Origin: Oligoflexia bacterium
GTDB taxonomy: Bacteria; Bdellovibrionota; UBA1018
Assembly (NCBI GenBank): GCA_023701205.1
Contig: JAMPXJ010000017.1
Coordinates: forward strand, 1-64,000
DNA: 64,000 bases
Direction of reading: 5' to 3'
Both the position numbers and the translations under genes were made by a program. Under the pieces are notes generated by a model that was given only the letters and a program-made list of their open reading frames with translations, was not told the DNA's origin and made no database searches. Positions 10,720 to 20,041 of the stretch are shown here, piece after piece (the first letter of the stretch is position 1; every line of letters starts with the position of its first letter).

Positions 10720-12024
10720 TCACCACAGCTTTCGCGGGATCGCGTCCGGGTAGTAGTGCTTGAGGATCGCCATGGCCTTGTGGCCCCGTTCGCCCATCGT
10801 CTTGGCGCCGTACTGGCACATCCCCACGCCGTGCCCGTTGCCCCGGCCGCGGAACTGCCAGCTTCGACCGCCCCCGCCGGCGAGCGTCCGCCCACTGGGG
10901 CCCAGCTGAAAGGAAGTGCTCCGGAAGCGCCCGGGCCCGATCCAGTCCCGAAAGCGCGCGGCCGGGACCGGGAGTTCGACGGTTTTCGGAGCGCCACCCT
11001 TTCGCGGAATGGACCAAGAGGTCAAGAGCTCGGCCACCCGTCCGCCAGATTCCATCTTTCCGATCCGAAGCCCGGTGAGCCTTCCGCTCTTGAGTGCCGT
11101 AAGCCAGTCCCCGGGCCAGCCCGTCGGCGCCTTTTCCTCGGCGCGCGCCCCCTTGAGGAGCGAATCGCGGATCACCTCGCCTTTGAGCTCGAGCGTCCAG
11201 CTCATCACGGGCGAGTGCGCGCAGTAGGGGCATGGCACCGCTCGGCGAAATCCCGCGACCGGAGCCCCCCAGACCCGCTCGGGCAACTCCGTGCGGCCTC
11301 CGCAGGTCGAATGATAGAAGGCCTTGAGCGGGACGGGTGCTTGCGCCGGGCCCACCGTCAGCACCACGCCGCGCGTTTTCTCCACGCTGCGCGAGGCGCG
11401 CGAGTCCTCCTTGATGGAGCCGTCGTAAACCTGGTCGCGCACGGTGGCGTCGACATCGAAGTGGGAGCCCATCGCCTGCCGCATCTGGTACATCGCGTAG
11501 GTCCGCGCCGCGATCACCTGGGCCGCGATCGCCTCCTCGTTCCAACGCGAGGAGAACTCGGTGTTCACCAGCCCCTTGAGATACTTCTCCAGGCGCACGA
11601 CATTGATGACCTCGCAGAGCGAGCCCACGGAATGGATCCTGAGCTCCTCGCGATAAGGCCGCCCCCGGAACTGCAGAAAGCCCGCCGGGGTCTCGATCGT
11701 CACCGGGCTCGCGAGCTCGAGCGTCCGCGTGCCCCCGACCTGAAGCGCCCGGATGCGGTCGTCCTGGCAGCGGAACTCCCATTCGCTCGCGGCATCCTGC
11801 GTATGAGTGCCGATCCGCAGATCAAACCCCCTGAGCGTCGCCATCGGGATCGCCTCGGCGATGCGCACGCGGATCCGCGCTTCTCCGAGCAGCTCCGCTC
11901 GGGGCTCGAAGGGCCTCGGCGCCGCATGCGAGAACCCGGGCAAGGCCCCCAATAGCAAAACCGCGGTGATCTGCCGGAAAACGCGAAGCGCGATGCGACC
12001 CACTCGTCGATTATTGCAGAGCAA
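10720..12024 (-). CDS. SpoIID/LytB domain protein (amidase enhancer / lytic transglycosylase family)
   Basis: Signal peptide, then the SpoIID core: EAIAAQVIAARTYA, FYHSTCGGRTE and GHGVGMCQYGA. Confidence 0.8.
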   Translation of the reverse strand: MLCNNRRVGRIALRVFRQITAVLLLGALPGFSHAAPRPFEPRAELLGEARIRVRIAEAIPMATLRGFDLRIGTHTQDAASEWEFRCQDDRIRALQVGGTRTLELASPVTIETPAGFLQFRGRPYREELRIHSVGSLCEVINVVRLEKYLKGLVNTEFSSRWNEEAIAAQVIAARTYAMYQMRQAMGSHFDVDATVRDQVYDGSIKEDSRASRSVEKTRGVVLTVGPAQAPVPLKAFYHSTCGGRTELPERVWGAPVAGFRRAVPCPYCAHSPVMSWTLELKGEVIRDSLLKGARAEEKAPTGWPGDWLTALKSGRLTGLRIGKMESGGRVAELLTSWSIPRKGGAPKTVELPVPAARFRDWIGPGRFRSTSFQLGPSGRTLAGGGGRSWQFRGRGNGHGVGMCQYGAKTMGERGHKAMAILKHYYPDAIPRKLW

Positions 12025-12144
12025 GGCGATTCCCGCACGGGAGGAAAATAATTCCCGTTCAGAGTTCCCGCCCGATTCCGAAGAGCTTCATGTCAGCAAG
12101 GCCCCCAACCACACACAGGCCTGCGAGAGAATGGAGATCTGAAA

Positions 12145-12348
12145 ATGGAAAAAGCCCAAACACCCGCTTTCTCCGATTTCTTTGGCCCCGCAAAGGAGCT
12201 GCTTGCGAAATACACGCATTGCGCCCTTTGCGGAGCCAATCTCCACTTCACCCATGTCACCGATTTCCATAGAAATCTGACTCAGGAAACGGCGCGTTGT
12301 CCCGAATGCGGGGTTCAGACCCGCCAGGTCACTCACCGGCTCCAGTGA
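12145..12348 (+). CDS. Small zinc-ribbon protein (67 aa)
   Basis: CALCG....CPECG gives two CxxC pairs 30 residues apart. A purine-rich stretch (gagaga) lies ~10 nt upstream of the ATG and a codon-biased frame follows. It is the first gene of a three-gene co-directional set. Confidence 0.45.
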   Translation: MEKAQTPAFSDFFGPAKELLAKYTHCALCGANLHFTHVTDFHRNLTQETARCPECGVQTRQVTHRLQ

Positions 12349-12387
12349 TTTCTTTTTTCCCCGCCAAGTACATGCTATCCCTGCGGG

Positions 12388-12867
12388 ATGCAGTGGAAGC
12401 CCTTCCTCCCACCTCATGCGATCGTGATGGGGCGCCAGAAATCTGGCGCCGTCCCTGACGGAGCCGCGTCCGCGATTCCCGTCACGGCCGTCTTCGTCGC
12501 CGCGTTCGATGCCGAAGGGCAAAACGCTCCCGGGGCGCGCGCCCTGCTCGATCGCATGATCGAGGCGATGGGCCTCGCGCCGGAGGAGTTCCGCATCTGC
12601 GGCCCTGACGAGCTCGCGGGCCTTGCGCCCCGGCTCGTGGTCGCGCTTGGCGAAGCCGCCGCGCGGATCTTGCTCGGCACGGATCGCCCGCTGGGCGAGC
12701 TGCGCGGAAGCTTCCATGACTTTCACGGCACGAAGCTGCTGGTCACCTTTCATCCCGCGACGCTGCTCGAGAATCCGGCGGCGAAGCGGGATGCCTGGAC
12801 CGATCTGCAGCGGGCGGCCAAGGAACTGGGAATAGCGATTCCCCAGAAAAAACAGGAGAAACCCTAA
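12388..12867 (+). CDS. Uracil-DNA glycosylase superfamily protein with a degenerate active site (family 4/5-like)
   Basis: [29 protein letters not shown] occupies the place of the family-4 motif VGEAPG..ED..G.PFVG.AG.LLD..L.A.GL, but the catalytic GEAPG is replaced by AAFDAEG. The C-terminal [24 protein letters not shown] matches the UDG motif-B region (HPS/AxLLR.P..K..W.DL). Only one of the four Fe-S cysteines is present. Confidence 0.55.
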   Translation: MQWKPFLPPHAIVMGRQKSGAVPDGAASAIPVTAVFVAAFDAEGQNAPGARALLDRMIEAMGLAPEEFRICGPDELAGLAPRLVVALGEAAARILLGTDRPLGELRGSFHDFHGTKLLVTFHPATLLENPAAKRDAWTDLQRAAKELGIAIPQKKQEKP

Positions 12868-12868
12868 A

Positions 12869-13615
12869 ATGGAAATCCTCTCGGGAGGCTTCATGTTTCT
12901 GATTTTCCTCGTCGTCGTTTTCCTGCTCATGAGCGTGAAGGTGCTCAACGAGTACGAGCGCGGCGTGATCTTCCGCCTGGGCCGCATCATCGGCGCCAAG
13001 GGCCCCGGCCTGATCATCCTCGTGCCGGTGATCGATCGGATGGTCCGCATCGATATGCGCACGATCACGCTCGACGTCCCGCCGCAGGACGTGATCTCGC
13101 GCGATAACGTCACGCTCAAGGTGAACGCGGTGGTTTACTTCCGCGTGATCGAGCCCAACCGCGCGGTCGTCGAGGTGGAGAACTACCTGCTCGCGACCTC
13201 GAAGCTCGCGCAAACCACGCTTCGCTCGGTGCTGGGTCAGGTAGAGCTTGACGAGCTCCTCTCCTCGCGCGAAGCCATCAACCATCGCCTCCAGGCGATT
13301 CTCGACGCGCAGACCGAGCCCTGGGGCGTGAAGGTCTCCAACGTCGAGGTGAAGCAGATCGACCTTCCGGCCGAGATGCAGCGGGCGATGGCCCGCCAGG
13401 CCGAAGCCGAGCGCGAGCGCCGTTCCAAGGTCATCGCCGCCGAGGGCGAGCTTCAGGCCTCACAGAAGCTCACCGAGGCCGCGAAGACGATGGAAACGCA
13501 GCCGATGTCGCTGCAGCTGCGTTATCTCCAGACGCTCCGGGAGATGTCGAGCGAGCATACCTCGACGATGATCATCCCGCTGCCGATGGAGATGCTGAAG
13601 TTCTTCGGAAGATAA
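12869..13615 (+). CDS. SPFH / band-7 (stomatin-like) membrane protein
   Basis: N-terminal [15 protein letters not shown], then [35 protein letters not shown], the coiled-coil [20 protein letters not shown], and QLRYLQTL. Its ATG lies 2 nt after the previous stop. Confidence 0.85.
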   Translation: MEILSGGFMFLIFLVVVFLLMSVKVLNEYERGVIFRLGRIIGAKGPGLIILVPVIDRMVRIDMRTITLDVPPQDVISRDNVTLKVNAVVYFRVIEPNRAVVEVENYLLATSKLAQTTLRSVLGQVELDELLSSREAINHRLQAILDAQTEPWGVKVSNVEVKQIDLPAEMQRAMARQAEAERERRSKVIAAEGELQASQKLTEAAKTMETQPMSLQLRYLQTLREMSSEHTSTMIIPLPMEMLKFFGR

Positions 13616-13672
13616 AGTGGAATCAGCGCAGCGACTCTTCAGCGCGCAACGAGACCTCGATCAGCCGATCCA

Positions 13673-15472
13673 TCAGCTCGTGACTGGGAAGGCCTGAGAA
13701 ATTGGCCAGAACCAGCTCATGCTGATCAGGCGGACCAGATAGCGGAGCTTGAGCGCGCTTTTAGTCGATGCGAACAGGAAATCCCGGTGGCCGTTGTTGA
13801 TGACCACGATATTTCTCGAGGCCTCGTAGCGCGAGCGCCACAGCGCGCCCGGGGCGCGCTCATAGGTGAAATCGGGGAGCGTTCGCCTCCTGCGTCCGCT
13901 CGCGGAAGCCTCCTCGTCTTCAGAGCTACCACCTCCGAGCTGTGCGAGGGATTCCGTGACCGTCACGACCGCTTCGGCTCGCGCCGACAGCTCGCCCTGG
14001 CGAATCGTCACCTCGAGACGCGCGAGACCTGGTTCCGGGGGAGCCAGGTATTCGATTTCCTGCTTCCCTTCCGTTCCCGTCTCAAAGGCCCCCGGGCCTT
14101 CCAGAACTTTCCACTCGAACGCCAGGCCCTCCGAAACCGGGGTCCCCTTGCGATCCCTCGCGATCGCCCGAAACTGCCGACGGGCACCCACGGCCACGAT
14201 GCTCGACTTCGGGGCGATCCGCGCGGAATGCAGCGGTCCGGCGAAATCAAAAAAAGCGGGCTGCGCGGGCTCGATCTCCGCGGCATTCTCCCCTGAAACA
14301 TCAGGAGGGACCGCGCCCTTTTCCAGGAAAAGCCCGCCTGCCCGTGGGCTCTCGGCCTTGCCCTTTTCCGAGCGCGAAGTCCCATTCCCGCCGCCGACAT
14401 CGAACCAGTCGTACTCCTCCCGCGGCAGATCATTCAGGGCATCGCGAAAGGCCCGGTGCAAGGTCTGCTGGGTAAGCTTCGAAGCCTTGTCTTCCGCCGC
14501 CTGCTTCAAAAGCGCCAGCTCCGCGCGAAGCGGCTCCTCCAGGGCCCGAAGCGCGTTCAAGACCGCCTCGAAACGCTCGTCCTGAATCACGCCCAAGCGC
14601 GTGCCCGGCGTGAGCTGCAGGGAGGGACATTCGACGTAGCCGGAGAGATTCCCCGAACGCCAAATCGCGGGATCCAGCTCCGGCCAGTCGCCCAAATCAT
14701 CCAAGACACGAGTCCCGTGCCGATAAATGGCCACTCGATGGGACTGGTCCGAATCATTGAGATAAAGCTCCGGACGGATCCCTTCGATCGCTGACAAGAT
14801 CAGTTTTCTGCCCTCATAGCGCTGCGGCTCCACCCGAAGCTCGTTGCGCGAGGTCAGGTCATGGATATGGATCTCCACACCGCGATCGAGGATGCGATTG
14901 CGCAGCTCGATCCCGAGATACCATTGCAGCTTCTCGCCCGTCACCTGCCTCAAGCCCGGCAAGAGCGGCTGAATGACGAGCTCCGTGCCGGAGTCCGCCA
15001 GGAGCGCCCGGGTCCGGCTGATCTGATAGCCGGGCTTGCCCTTGATGAGCGTCATCTGATGAACGTGTCCATCGGCCGCGGCCGATCTCAAGGTGAGGCG
15101 CTCCCCCACCGTCCAGAAGCTCAGGAGGCCGATTCCAAATTCCCCCTGGATTCCTTGCGCCCCCTTGGCCTTGAGGTGTCGCTTGATGGAGTCTCCAATA
15201 TGGGTGGCGACATATCTGAAATCCGGCTCGCCTTCGGGAGAACGTGGAATGCCTCGGCCGTTGTCCACGATTCGCAAATAAGGCTCGCCGTCTTTCTTGC
15301 CGCGAAAGACATGAACCAGGGTCGCACCCGCATCGATGCTGTTTTCGACGAATTCCGCGATCGCCTTCAGGGGGTTGGACTGCGAAAGCGCCAGGATATT
15401 GATCGCGTTCCAATGGTCGCCGATGCGCAGGTTCCCGCGCCGGCCTTCCTTTTCGCTTCGCTTTCTGGTCAT
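13673..15472 (-). CDS. GHKL-superfamily ATPase (HATPase_c_3-like N-domain) with a C-terminal bacterial Ig-like (BIG2-like) domain
   Basis: The N-terminus AIAEFVENSIDAGAT...LRIVDNGRGIP...GEFGIGLLSF has the N, G1 and G2 boxes of MutL/Hsp90/MORC-type ATPases, not a kinase H-box. A central helical region follows. Residues ~420-500 (IVAVGARRQFRAIARDRKGTPVSEGLAFEWKV...VTV) look Ig-like. It starts 61 bp downstream of uvrC on the same strand. Confidence 0.6.
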   Translation of the reverse strand: MTRKRSEKEGRRGNLRIGDHWNAINILALSQSNPLKAIAEFVENSIDAGATLVHVFRGKKDGEPYLRIVDNGRGIPRSPEGEPDFRYVATHIGDSIKRHLKAKGAQGIQGEFGIGLLSFWTVGERLTLRSAAADGHVHQMTLIKGKPGYQISRTRALLADSGTELVIQPLLPGLRQVTGEKLQWYLGIELRNRILDRGVEIHIHDLTSRNELRVEPQRYEGRKLILSAIEGIRPELYLNDSDQSHRVAIYRHGTRVLDDLGDWPELDPAIWRSGNLSGYVECPSLQLTPGTRLGVIQDERFEAVLNALRALEEPLRAELALLKQAAEDKASKLTQQTLHRAFRDALNDLPREEYDWFDVGGGNGTSRSEKGKAESPRAGGLFLEKGAVPPDVSGENAAEIEPAQPAFFDFAGPLHSARIAPKSSIVAVGARRQFRAIARDRKGTPVSEGLAFEWKVLEGPGAFETGTEGKQEIEYLAPPEPGLARLEVTIRQGELSARAEAVVTVTESLAQLGGGSSEDEEASASGRRRRTLPDFTYERAPGALWRSRYEASRNIVVINNGHRDFLFASTKSALKLRYLVRLISMSWFWPISQAFPVTS

Positions 15473-15533
15473 AGACCAGAGCTAACAAACACGATGGCCG
15501 GGGTCAACTACGCCCCTGAAGCGCCAGCGAGCT

Positions 15534-17258
15534 TCAATTTCCCGACTTGCCGAGGCTCCGCTTGTCGCGAAGCAGCCGGTGATAGCTCACCGCGAACCGG
15601 TGCGCCTCGTCGCGCACGTGCGTGAGCAGGCGGTAGGCCGCGGTGTGGGGCAGGAGCGGCACAGGATTTTTCCGATTCGGAATGAAGATCCGCTCGTGCG
15701 AGGACTTCACCTCGGTGGCGCGGAAGTCGCTTTCCACCCGCGCCTTGGCCAATCCCACGACGCTCACGCCCTGGACCTCGAGCTCCTCGAGGATCGCCAC
15801 CGCCTGCGCGAGCTGGCCCTTGCCGCCGTCCACCACGACGAGATCCGGTAACGCCTCGTCGGCATGCGAGAAGCGCCGGCCCAGGACCTCCTTCATCATC
15901 GCGAAGTCGTTGGCGCCCTCGACCGTCTTGATCTTGTAGCGGCGGTAAAGGTTCTTGTCGGGCGCGCCATCGACGAAAACCACCCGCGAGGCGACGGCGT
16001 CCTGCCCCTGGAGATTCGAGATGTCATAGCACTCGATCCGGTGCGGGAGCTTGGGCAGGTGCAGCTTGTCCTGCGCCTCTTCGAGCGCCTCGAGCCCATG
16101 CCCCCCCTCGCCTTTGGAGCGCTTGAGGAGCTGCTCGAGCGCGTAATCAGCGTTCGAGCGCGCGACATTCAGCAGCTGCCGGTCCACCGCCGTTTCGGCC
16201 TGACGGATCCCGATCGCGAGGGTTTTCTCCATGATCTCGAACTCCGCGGGCACCAATGGGACGAGCACCTCCGAGGGGACCAGGCCGGGTTCCTCGCCCT
16301 TTCCGACCCGCTGCTCGAGATCGACGTAATACTGCGAAAGGAAATCCCGCAGGATCTCCGCGTCGCTCAACGCGGGATCCGTGTTCTGCAGATGATAATG
16401 CTGGACGGCGATCATCCTCCCGCCACGGATCCGGAGCAAGGTCCCGTGCGCATCGCTCCCCTTGCGCGAGAGCCCGGCCACGTCGCGGTCACGCTGCGAG
16501 CCGGCCTCATGGACGCCCTGGGTCTGGGTCACGACCTCGAGATTACGGAGCTGATCGCGATAATAGGCCGCCTCTTCGAACTCTTCGCGCTCCGAAGCGT
16601 CTTCCATCCCCTTGCGAAGCTGCGCGGTCAGCCGCTCGCCCCGGCCCTCGAGAATGGCGATGACCTCGTCGATCTGTTCCCGATAGGTGTTCTGATCGAT
16701 CTTCCCGACGCAGGCCGCCGTACACTTACCCATCTGATGGAGAATGCAGGGCCGGGTGCGGTGCCTGAAAGCGTTATCCGAGCAGTCTCTCAAATGAAAG
16801 CTCTCGACGAGCAGGTCCATAACCTGGCGCGCCGCCCAAGCTGAAGGAAACGGACCGAAATACCGCGCTCCGTCACGCTGTACGCGCCGAACGTACTCCA
16901 ATCGGGGATAAGCATCGCCGAGCTGGATTCGGAGGTACGGGTAAGCCTTGTCATCCTTGAGCCGGACGTTGAATTTGGGCTTATGTTTCTTGATCAGGGT
17001 GCATTCCAGGATCAGGGCTTCGGCCTCGGTCTCGGTAAGAATGACGTCGAAACGCTGCACCCTCCCCACCATCATCTCGGTCCGGGGATTCTCATGGCCT
17101 GCCGGCTGGAAGTAGGTGGTCAGGCGATTCCTGAGATTTTTCGCCTTGCCGACGTAAATGATCTCTCCTTGAGGCCCTTTCATCAGGTAAACGCCCGGAG
17201 AGGTGGCCGCGGCATGGGCCAGATCAAGCAAGACGGCTTTAGAAGCTTGATTTTCCAT
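15534..17258 (-). CDS. uvrC: Excinuclease ABC subunit C
   Basis: N-terminal GIY-YIG (SPGVYLMKG...IYVGKAKNLRNRL), the UvrBC-interaction region, an RNaseH-like endonuclease domain and C-terminal (HhH)2. The start is taken at MENQASKAV; ATG 17276 is equally possible. Confidence 0.9.
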   Translation of the reverse strand: MENQASKAVLLDLAHAAATSPGVYLMKGPQGEIIYVGKAKNLRNRLTTYFQPAGHENPRTEMMVGRVQRFDVILTETEAEALILECTLIKKHKPKFNVRLKDDKAYPYLRIQLGDAYPRLEYVRRVQRDGARYFGPFPSAWAARQVMDLLVESFHLRDCSDNAFRHRTRPCILHQMGKCTAACVGKIDQNTYREQIDEVIAILEGRGERLTAQLRKGMEDASEREEFEEAAYYRDQLRNLEVVTQTQGVHEAGSQRDRDVAGLSRKGSDAHGTLLRIRGGRMIAVQHYHLQNTDPALSDAEILRDFLSQYYVDLEQRVGKGEEPGLVPSEVLVPLVPAEFEIMEKTLAIGIRQAETAVDRQLLNVARSNADYALEQLLKRSKGEGGHGLEALEEAQDKLHLPKLPHRIECYDISNLQGQDAVASRVVFVDGAPDKNLYRRYKIKTVEGANDFAMMKEVLGRRFSHADEALPDLVVVDGGKGQLAQAVAILEELEVQGVSVVGLAKARVESDFRATEVKSSHERIFIPNRKNPVPLLPHTAAYRLLTHVRDEAHRFAVSYHRLLRDKRSLGKSGN

Positions 17259-17364
17259 CCAAGTCCATATAACCACAAATGAAGCTATAGGATTCTAAAA
17301 ACAGCGCAAGCGCGGGCGGCTCCGGAGCACTCGCGGCCAGCGCGACCACAGGAGAAAGACCCAG

Positions 17365-17817
17365 ATGGCTCGTACCAACGGCGCCGGCAGCAATGTCGCC
17401 AAAGAGACGCTCGCTTATTGCACGAGCTGCAAGATGGACCTGAACCACATCGTCGTGGCCATGAAAGGCGACCGCATCGCCAAGGTCCAGTGCCTGACCT
17501 GCAAGAAAGAGCATGTCTACAAGGCACCCAAAGGCGTGACCGAGCCGGGCAAAGCCAAGCCCACCCGCAAGAAAAAGGAAACGACCGCGGAAGCCACCGC
17601 CACCTCCATCGAGGCGGAATGGGAAAAGCTGATGACCTCCCATAAAGATGCCCCGCTGAAGAGCTACACGACCAAGGGTCATTTCATCCTGGGCGATAAG
17701 ATCAAGCACCCGACCTTCGGCGAAGGCATCGTCGGCAAGCTCATCTATCCCAACAAGATCGAGGTGATCTTCCGCACGGATCTGAAGATCCTGATCTACG
17801 GCGGACAGCAGCAGTAA
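17365..17817 (+). CDS. Hypothetical zinc-ribbon protein with a Lys-rich linker
   Basis: CTSCK....CLTCKK is a CxxC-x18-CxxC zinc ribbon. A KPTRKKKETTAEATA linker follows, then a small C-terminal beta-rich domain (HFILGDKIKHPTFGEGIVGKLIYPNKIEVIF). Confidence 0.45.
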   Translation: MARTNGAGSNVAKETLAYCTSCKMDLNHIVVAMKGDRIAKVQCLTCKKEHVYKAPKGVTEPGKAKPTRKKKETTAEATATSIEAEWEKLMTSHKDAPLKSYTTKGHFILGDKIKHPTFGEGIVGKLIYPNKIEVIFRTDLKILIYGGQQQ

Positions 17818-17820
17818 GCC

Positions 17821-18453
17821 ATGCGGCTCGCGACGGGTCTTCTCGTAGCGGGATTTTCAGGCCTGGCCCTGCTTGCGGGCTGTTCGACCGCCCGCAAGGA
17901 GACGCCTGAGCTCAATACGATGGTCGGCAAGAAGGTCGCGCTCGTCGATGTCGATGCGGAGGCCACGGACCGTTCCATCATCGAAGTAGCGCTCGTCAAC
18001 CAGTTGCGCGAACGCGGCACTTTCATTCTGGTCCCCAAGCAGGACGTCGATACCGCCCGCAAGCAACCCGATCTCAATCCGATTGATTGGAAGGAGCTCG
18101 CCCGCCGCGCCGGCGCCGACTACGCGCTCCGCGCGAAGACCCTGGATTTCACCGCCGAGGTCCGCGAGGGCTATGGCGAGGACGAGGTCGAGGACAGCCA
18201 GCTCAAGGCTGAGCGCGGGGATGGCAAAACCCAGCGGCTCTACAAGATCAAGAAACTCGAAGGCAACGTGCGCATCCAGCTGGAATTCACCGAGCTGGCC
18301 ACGAATGACACCCGCGTCGGCATCGCCGAGGCCAGCGACCAGGTCACGGCGGAGGCGCGCACCTCTTCCGCGCAGCTGCCGCCCCGCCTACGCTTTCTCG
18401 AGAAGCTCGCAAACACGGCATTCCGCACTTTTTTTGAGCGGTACGAGGACTGA
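17821..18453 (+). CDS. Hypothetical lipoprotein
   Basis: Signal peptide with lipobox LLAGC (Cys21). The mature part is acidic; its start codon overlaps the previous gene's stop. Confidence 0.5.
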   Translation: MRLATGLLVAGFSGLALLAGCSTARKETPELNTMVGKKVALVDVDAEATDRSIIEVALVNQLRERGTFILVPKQDVDTARKQPDLNPIDWKELARRAGADYALRAKTLDFTAEVREGYGEDEVEDSQLKAERGDGKTQRLYKIKKLEGNVRIQLEFTELATNDTRVGIAEASDQVTAEARTSSAQLPPRLRFLEKLANTAFRTFFERYED

Positions 18454-18508
18454 GCTGGAACGACGCCGGCTCACCCGATCCGAGCGAGCCGGCGTGGCAG
18501 TCACCTAA

Positions 18509-19066
18509 CTAGAAGGCGTAACCGACAGTGAGTTCCGCCGAGGGCACGATCCCGCTGTAAAACGGAATGCTGAGATCCGTCCCTTGGTTCGTCGCGACTT
18601 TCTGATCGCCGCTCAACCAGTTGGCACCCAGCCCCGCATTGACGTTGAAGCCGGTCCCCCAGATCCATTGATATCCGATAAGCGAACCCAGGCTGAGCTT
18701 GCCCGTGGTGCCTTCCTCCGTGCCGAGGCTTACGCGCATGGAGGAATACCCGATGCTCGGCCCCAGGATCCAACCGTCCGACATCGCGTCCCCGGTCAGA
18801 TAGAGATTGCCCCGAGCCCCGATATTGTAGCCTTTCAACTCAACGGCAAGAAGCGAAGCGCTCAGCGTCGACACCGTGGGCCCGACGGTGAATTTCCTGG
18901 ATACCGCGAAATCGACGTCGGATCCGAGGTTTCCCGACATGATCGAAAGCGGACTCACGCGAATATTCACGTTCCGATCCACCCCGGCCGAGGCAGGAGC
19001 CGCGGCGAAGGTTCCCAGAACGGCCGACATCAAGACCAACCGACAAAAGACTTCATTCTTGAACAT
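18509..19066 (-). CDS. Small outer-membrane beta-barrel protein (OmpW/OmpA-like 8-strand type)
   Basis: Signal peptide MSAVLGTFAAAPASA. Alternating hydrophobic beta-strand pattern, aromatic girdle residues, and a C-terminal GYAF with terminal Phe, the typical OMP sorting signal. Confidence 0.6.
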   Translation of the reverse strand: MFKNEVFCRLVLMSAVLGTFAAAPASAGVDRNVNIRVSPLSIMSGNLGSDVDFAVSRKFTVGPTVSTLSASLLAVELKGYNIGARGNLYLTGDAMSDGWILGPSIGYSSMRVSLGTEEGTTGKLSLGSLIGYQWIWGTGFNVNAGLGANWLSGDQKVATNQGTDLSIPFYSGIVPSAELTVGYAF

Positions 19067-19192
19067 AGTGTTTTCTCCTCTGGCCTCCAGAAATATCCGC
19101 GAGGTGTGTCCCGAGGAACGGGTAAAGCGCCTTCAGCGCGGGATACGAAAGAAAAAGCGCACAATCTGTGCGCCCTGAAGTATGAAGAGCCC

Positions 19193-20041
19193 ATGCGCGC
19201 CGACCCTCGCAAAGTCTTCGAATTCTCCGATGTGGCGGAATATTTTCGCCACCTGCAGGCAGCGCTCGGCAAGGGTAAGCGCCCGCTCACGCTCGAACGC
19301 TTGAGCTCCCTCGTGAATTACCGTTCTCCCAGGAGCCTGGCGATGATCATGAAAGGCCAGCGCGCTCCCAGTGTTGAGATGCTTCAGGCGATTTCGCGTG
19401 CCGCCGACCTGAGCACGCAGGAAGCCGCCTACCTTCATCTCCTGGGACAGAAGAAACGGCGCGAACTCGCCAGGAAACCCTCCGCCGACCTGGAAGAGCG
19501 GATGAAGGCGCTCAGACCGCGGCAGTTCCGCGCGCGCACGATCGGGTCCTCCGCCTTCGCCTGTACCGCCGAATGGGAGCATTGGGTGATCCGGCAGCTC
19601 CTGGAGCTTCCGGATTTCAAGGAGGATCACCGATGGATCTGCCGCAAGCTCCGCGGCAAGGTCACCCCAAAGCGCGCAAATCAGGCTTTGAGGAATCTCC
19701 TGCAGGCCGGCGTGATTGAACGCGACCCGGAGTCCGGAAGACTGCGCATTCGCGAAGGCGAAGCGATCGCCACGGCTTTTGACATCCCCTCGCGCGCGAT
19801 CCGGCTTCACCACTCTCAGATGCTTGAGCGCGCGCGCGAGGCGTTAAATGAGCAAGAGGTGCTCGAACGGGAATTCCTGGCGATTACCTTGCGTTTTGAC
19901 AAGAAGCGCTTATTCGAAGCAAAATCGGCGCTGCGCGATTTCGCGGCCGACTTCGTCCGACGTTTCGGCGCGGACACCAACGACACGGCAGGAAGCGTCT
20001 TTCAGCTCAATTTGAACCTGTTTCGTCATACAGACGAGTGA
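19193..20041 (+). CDS. TIGR02147-family-like hypothetical protein (Fibrobacter/Bdellovibrio paralogous family)
   Basis: The start is taken at MRADPRKVFEF. The N-terminal pattern F.FSDVAEYFRHL...KRPLTLERLSSLVNYRSPRSLAMIMKGQRAPS matches what I remember of TIGR02147 (..yl.d.y..rk..np.fSlR.fa.klg..sps.l..vlkGkR.ls). About 280 aa, the typical size. The upstream 200 codons of the track ORF overlap the OMP gene and are rejected. Confidence 0.5.
   Translation: MRADPRKVFEFSDVAEYFRHLQAALGKGKRPLTLERLSSLVNYRSPRSLAMIMKGQRAPSVEMLQAISRAADLSTQEAAYLHLLGQKKRRELARKPSADLEERMKALRPRQFRARTIGSSAFACTAEWEHWVIRQLLELPDFKEDHRWICRKLRGKVTPKRANQALRNLLQAGVIERDPESGRLRIREGEAIATAFDIPSRAIRLHHSQMLERAREALNEQEVLEREFLAITLRFDKKRLFEAKSALRDFAADFVRRFGADTNDTAGSVFQLNLNLFRHTDE

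Noticed and set aside
10756-11955. A 399-aa plus-strand ORF
   Set aside because: Antisense to the SpoIID-domain gene. Arg/Pro/Gly-rich GC artefact.
18584-19192. The N-terminal 200 codons of the track ORF 18584..20041
   Set aside because: This stretch overlaps the OMP gene on the opposite strand and has no TIGR02147-like similarity. The family-typical sequence begins at the Met at 19193, so the upstream part is treated as a spurious extension.
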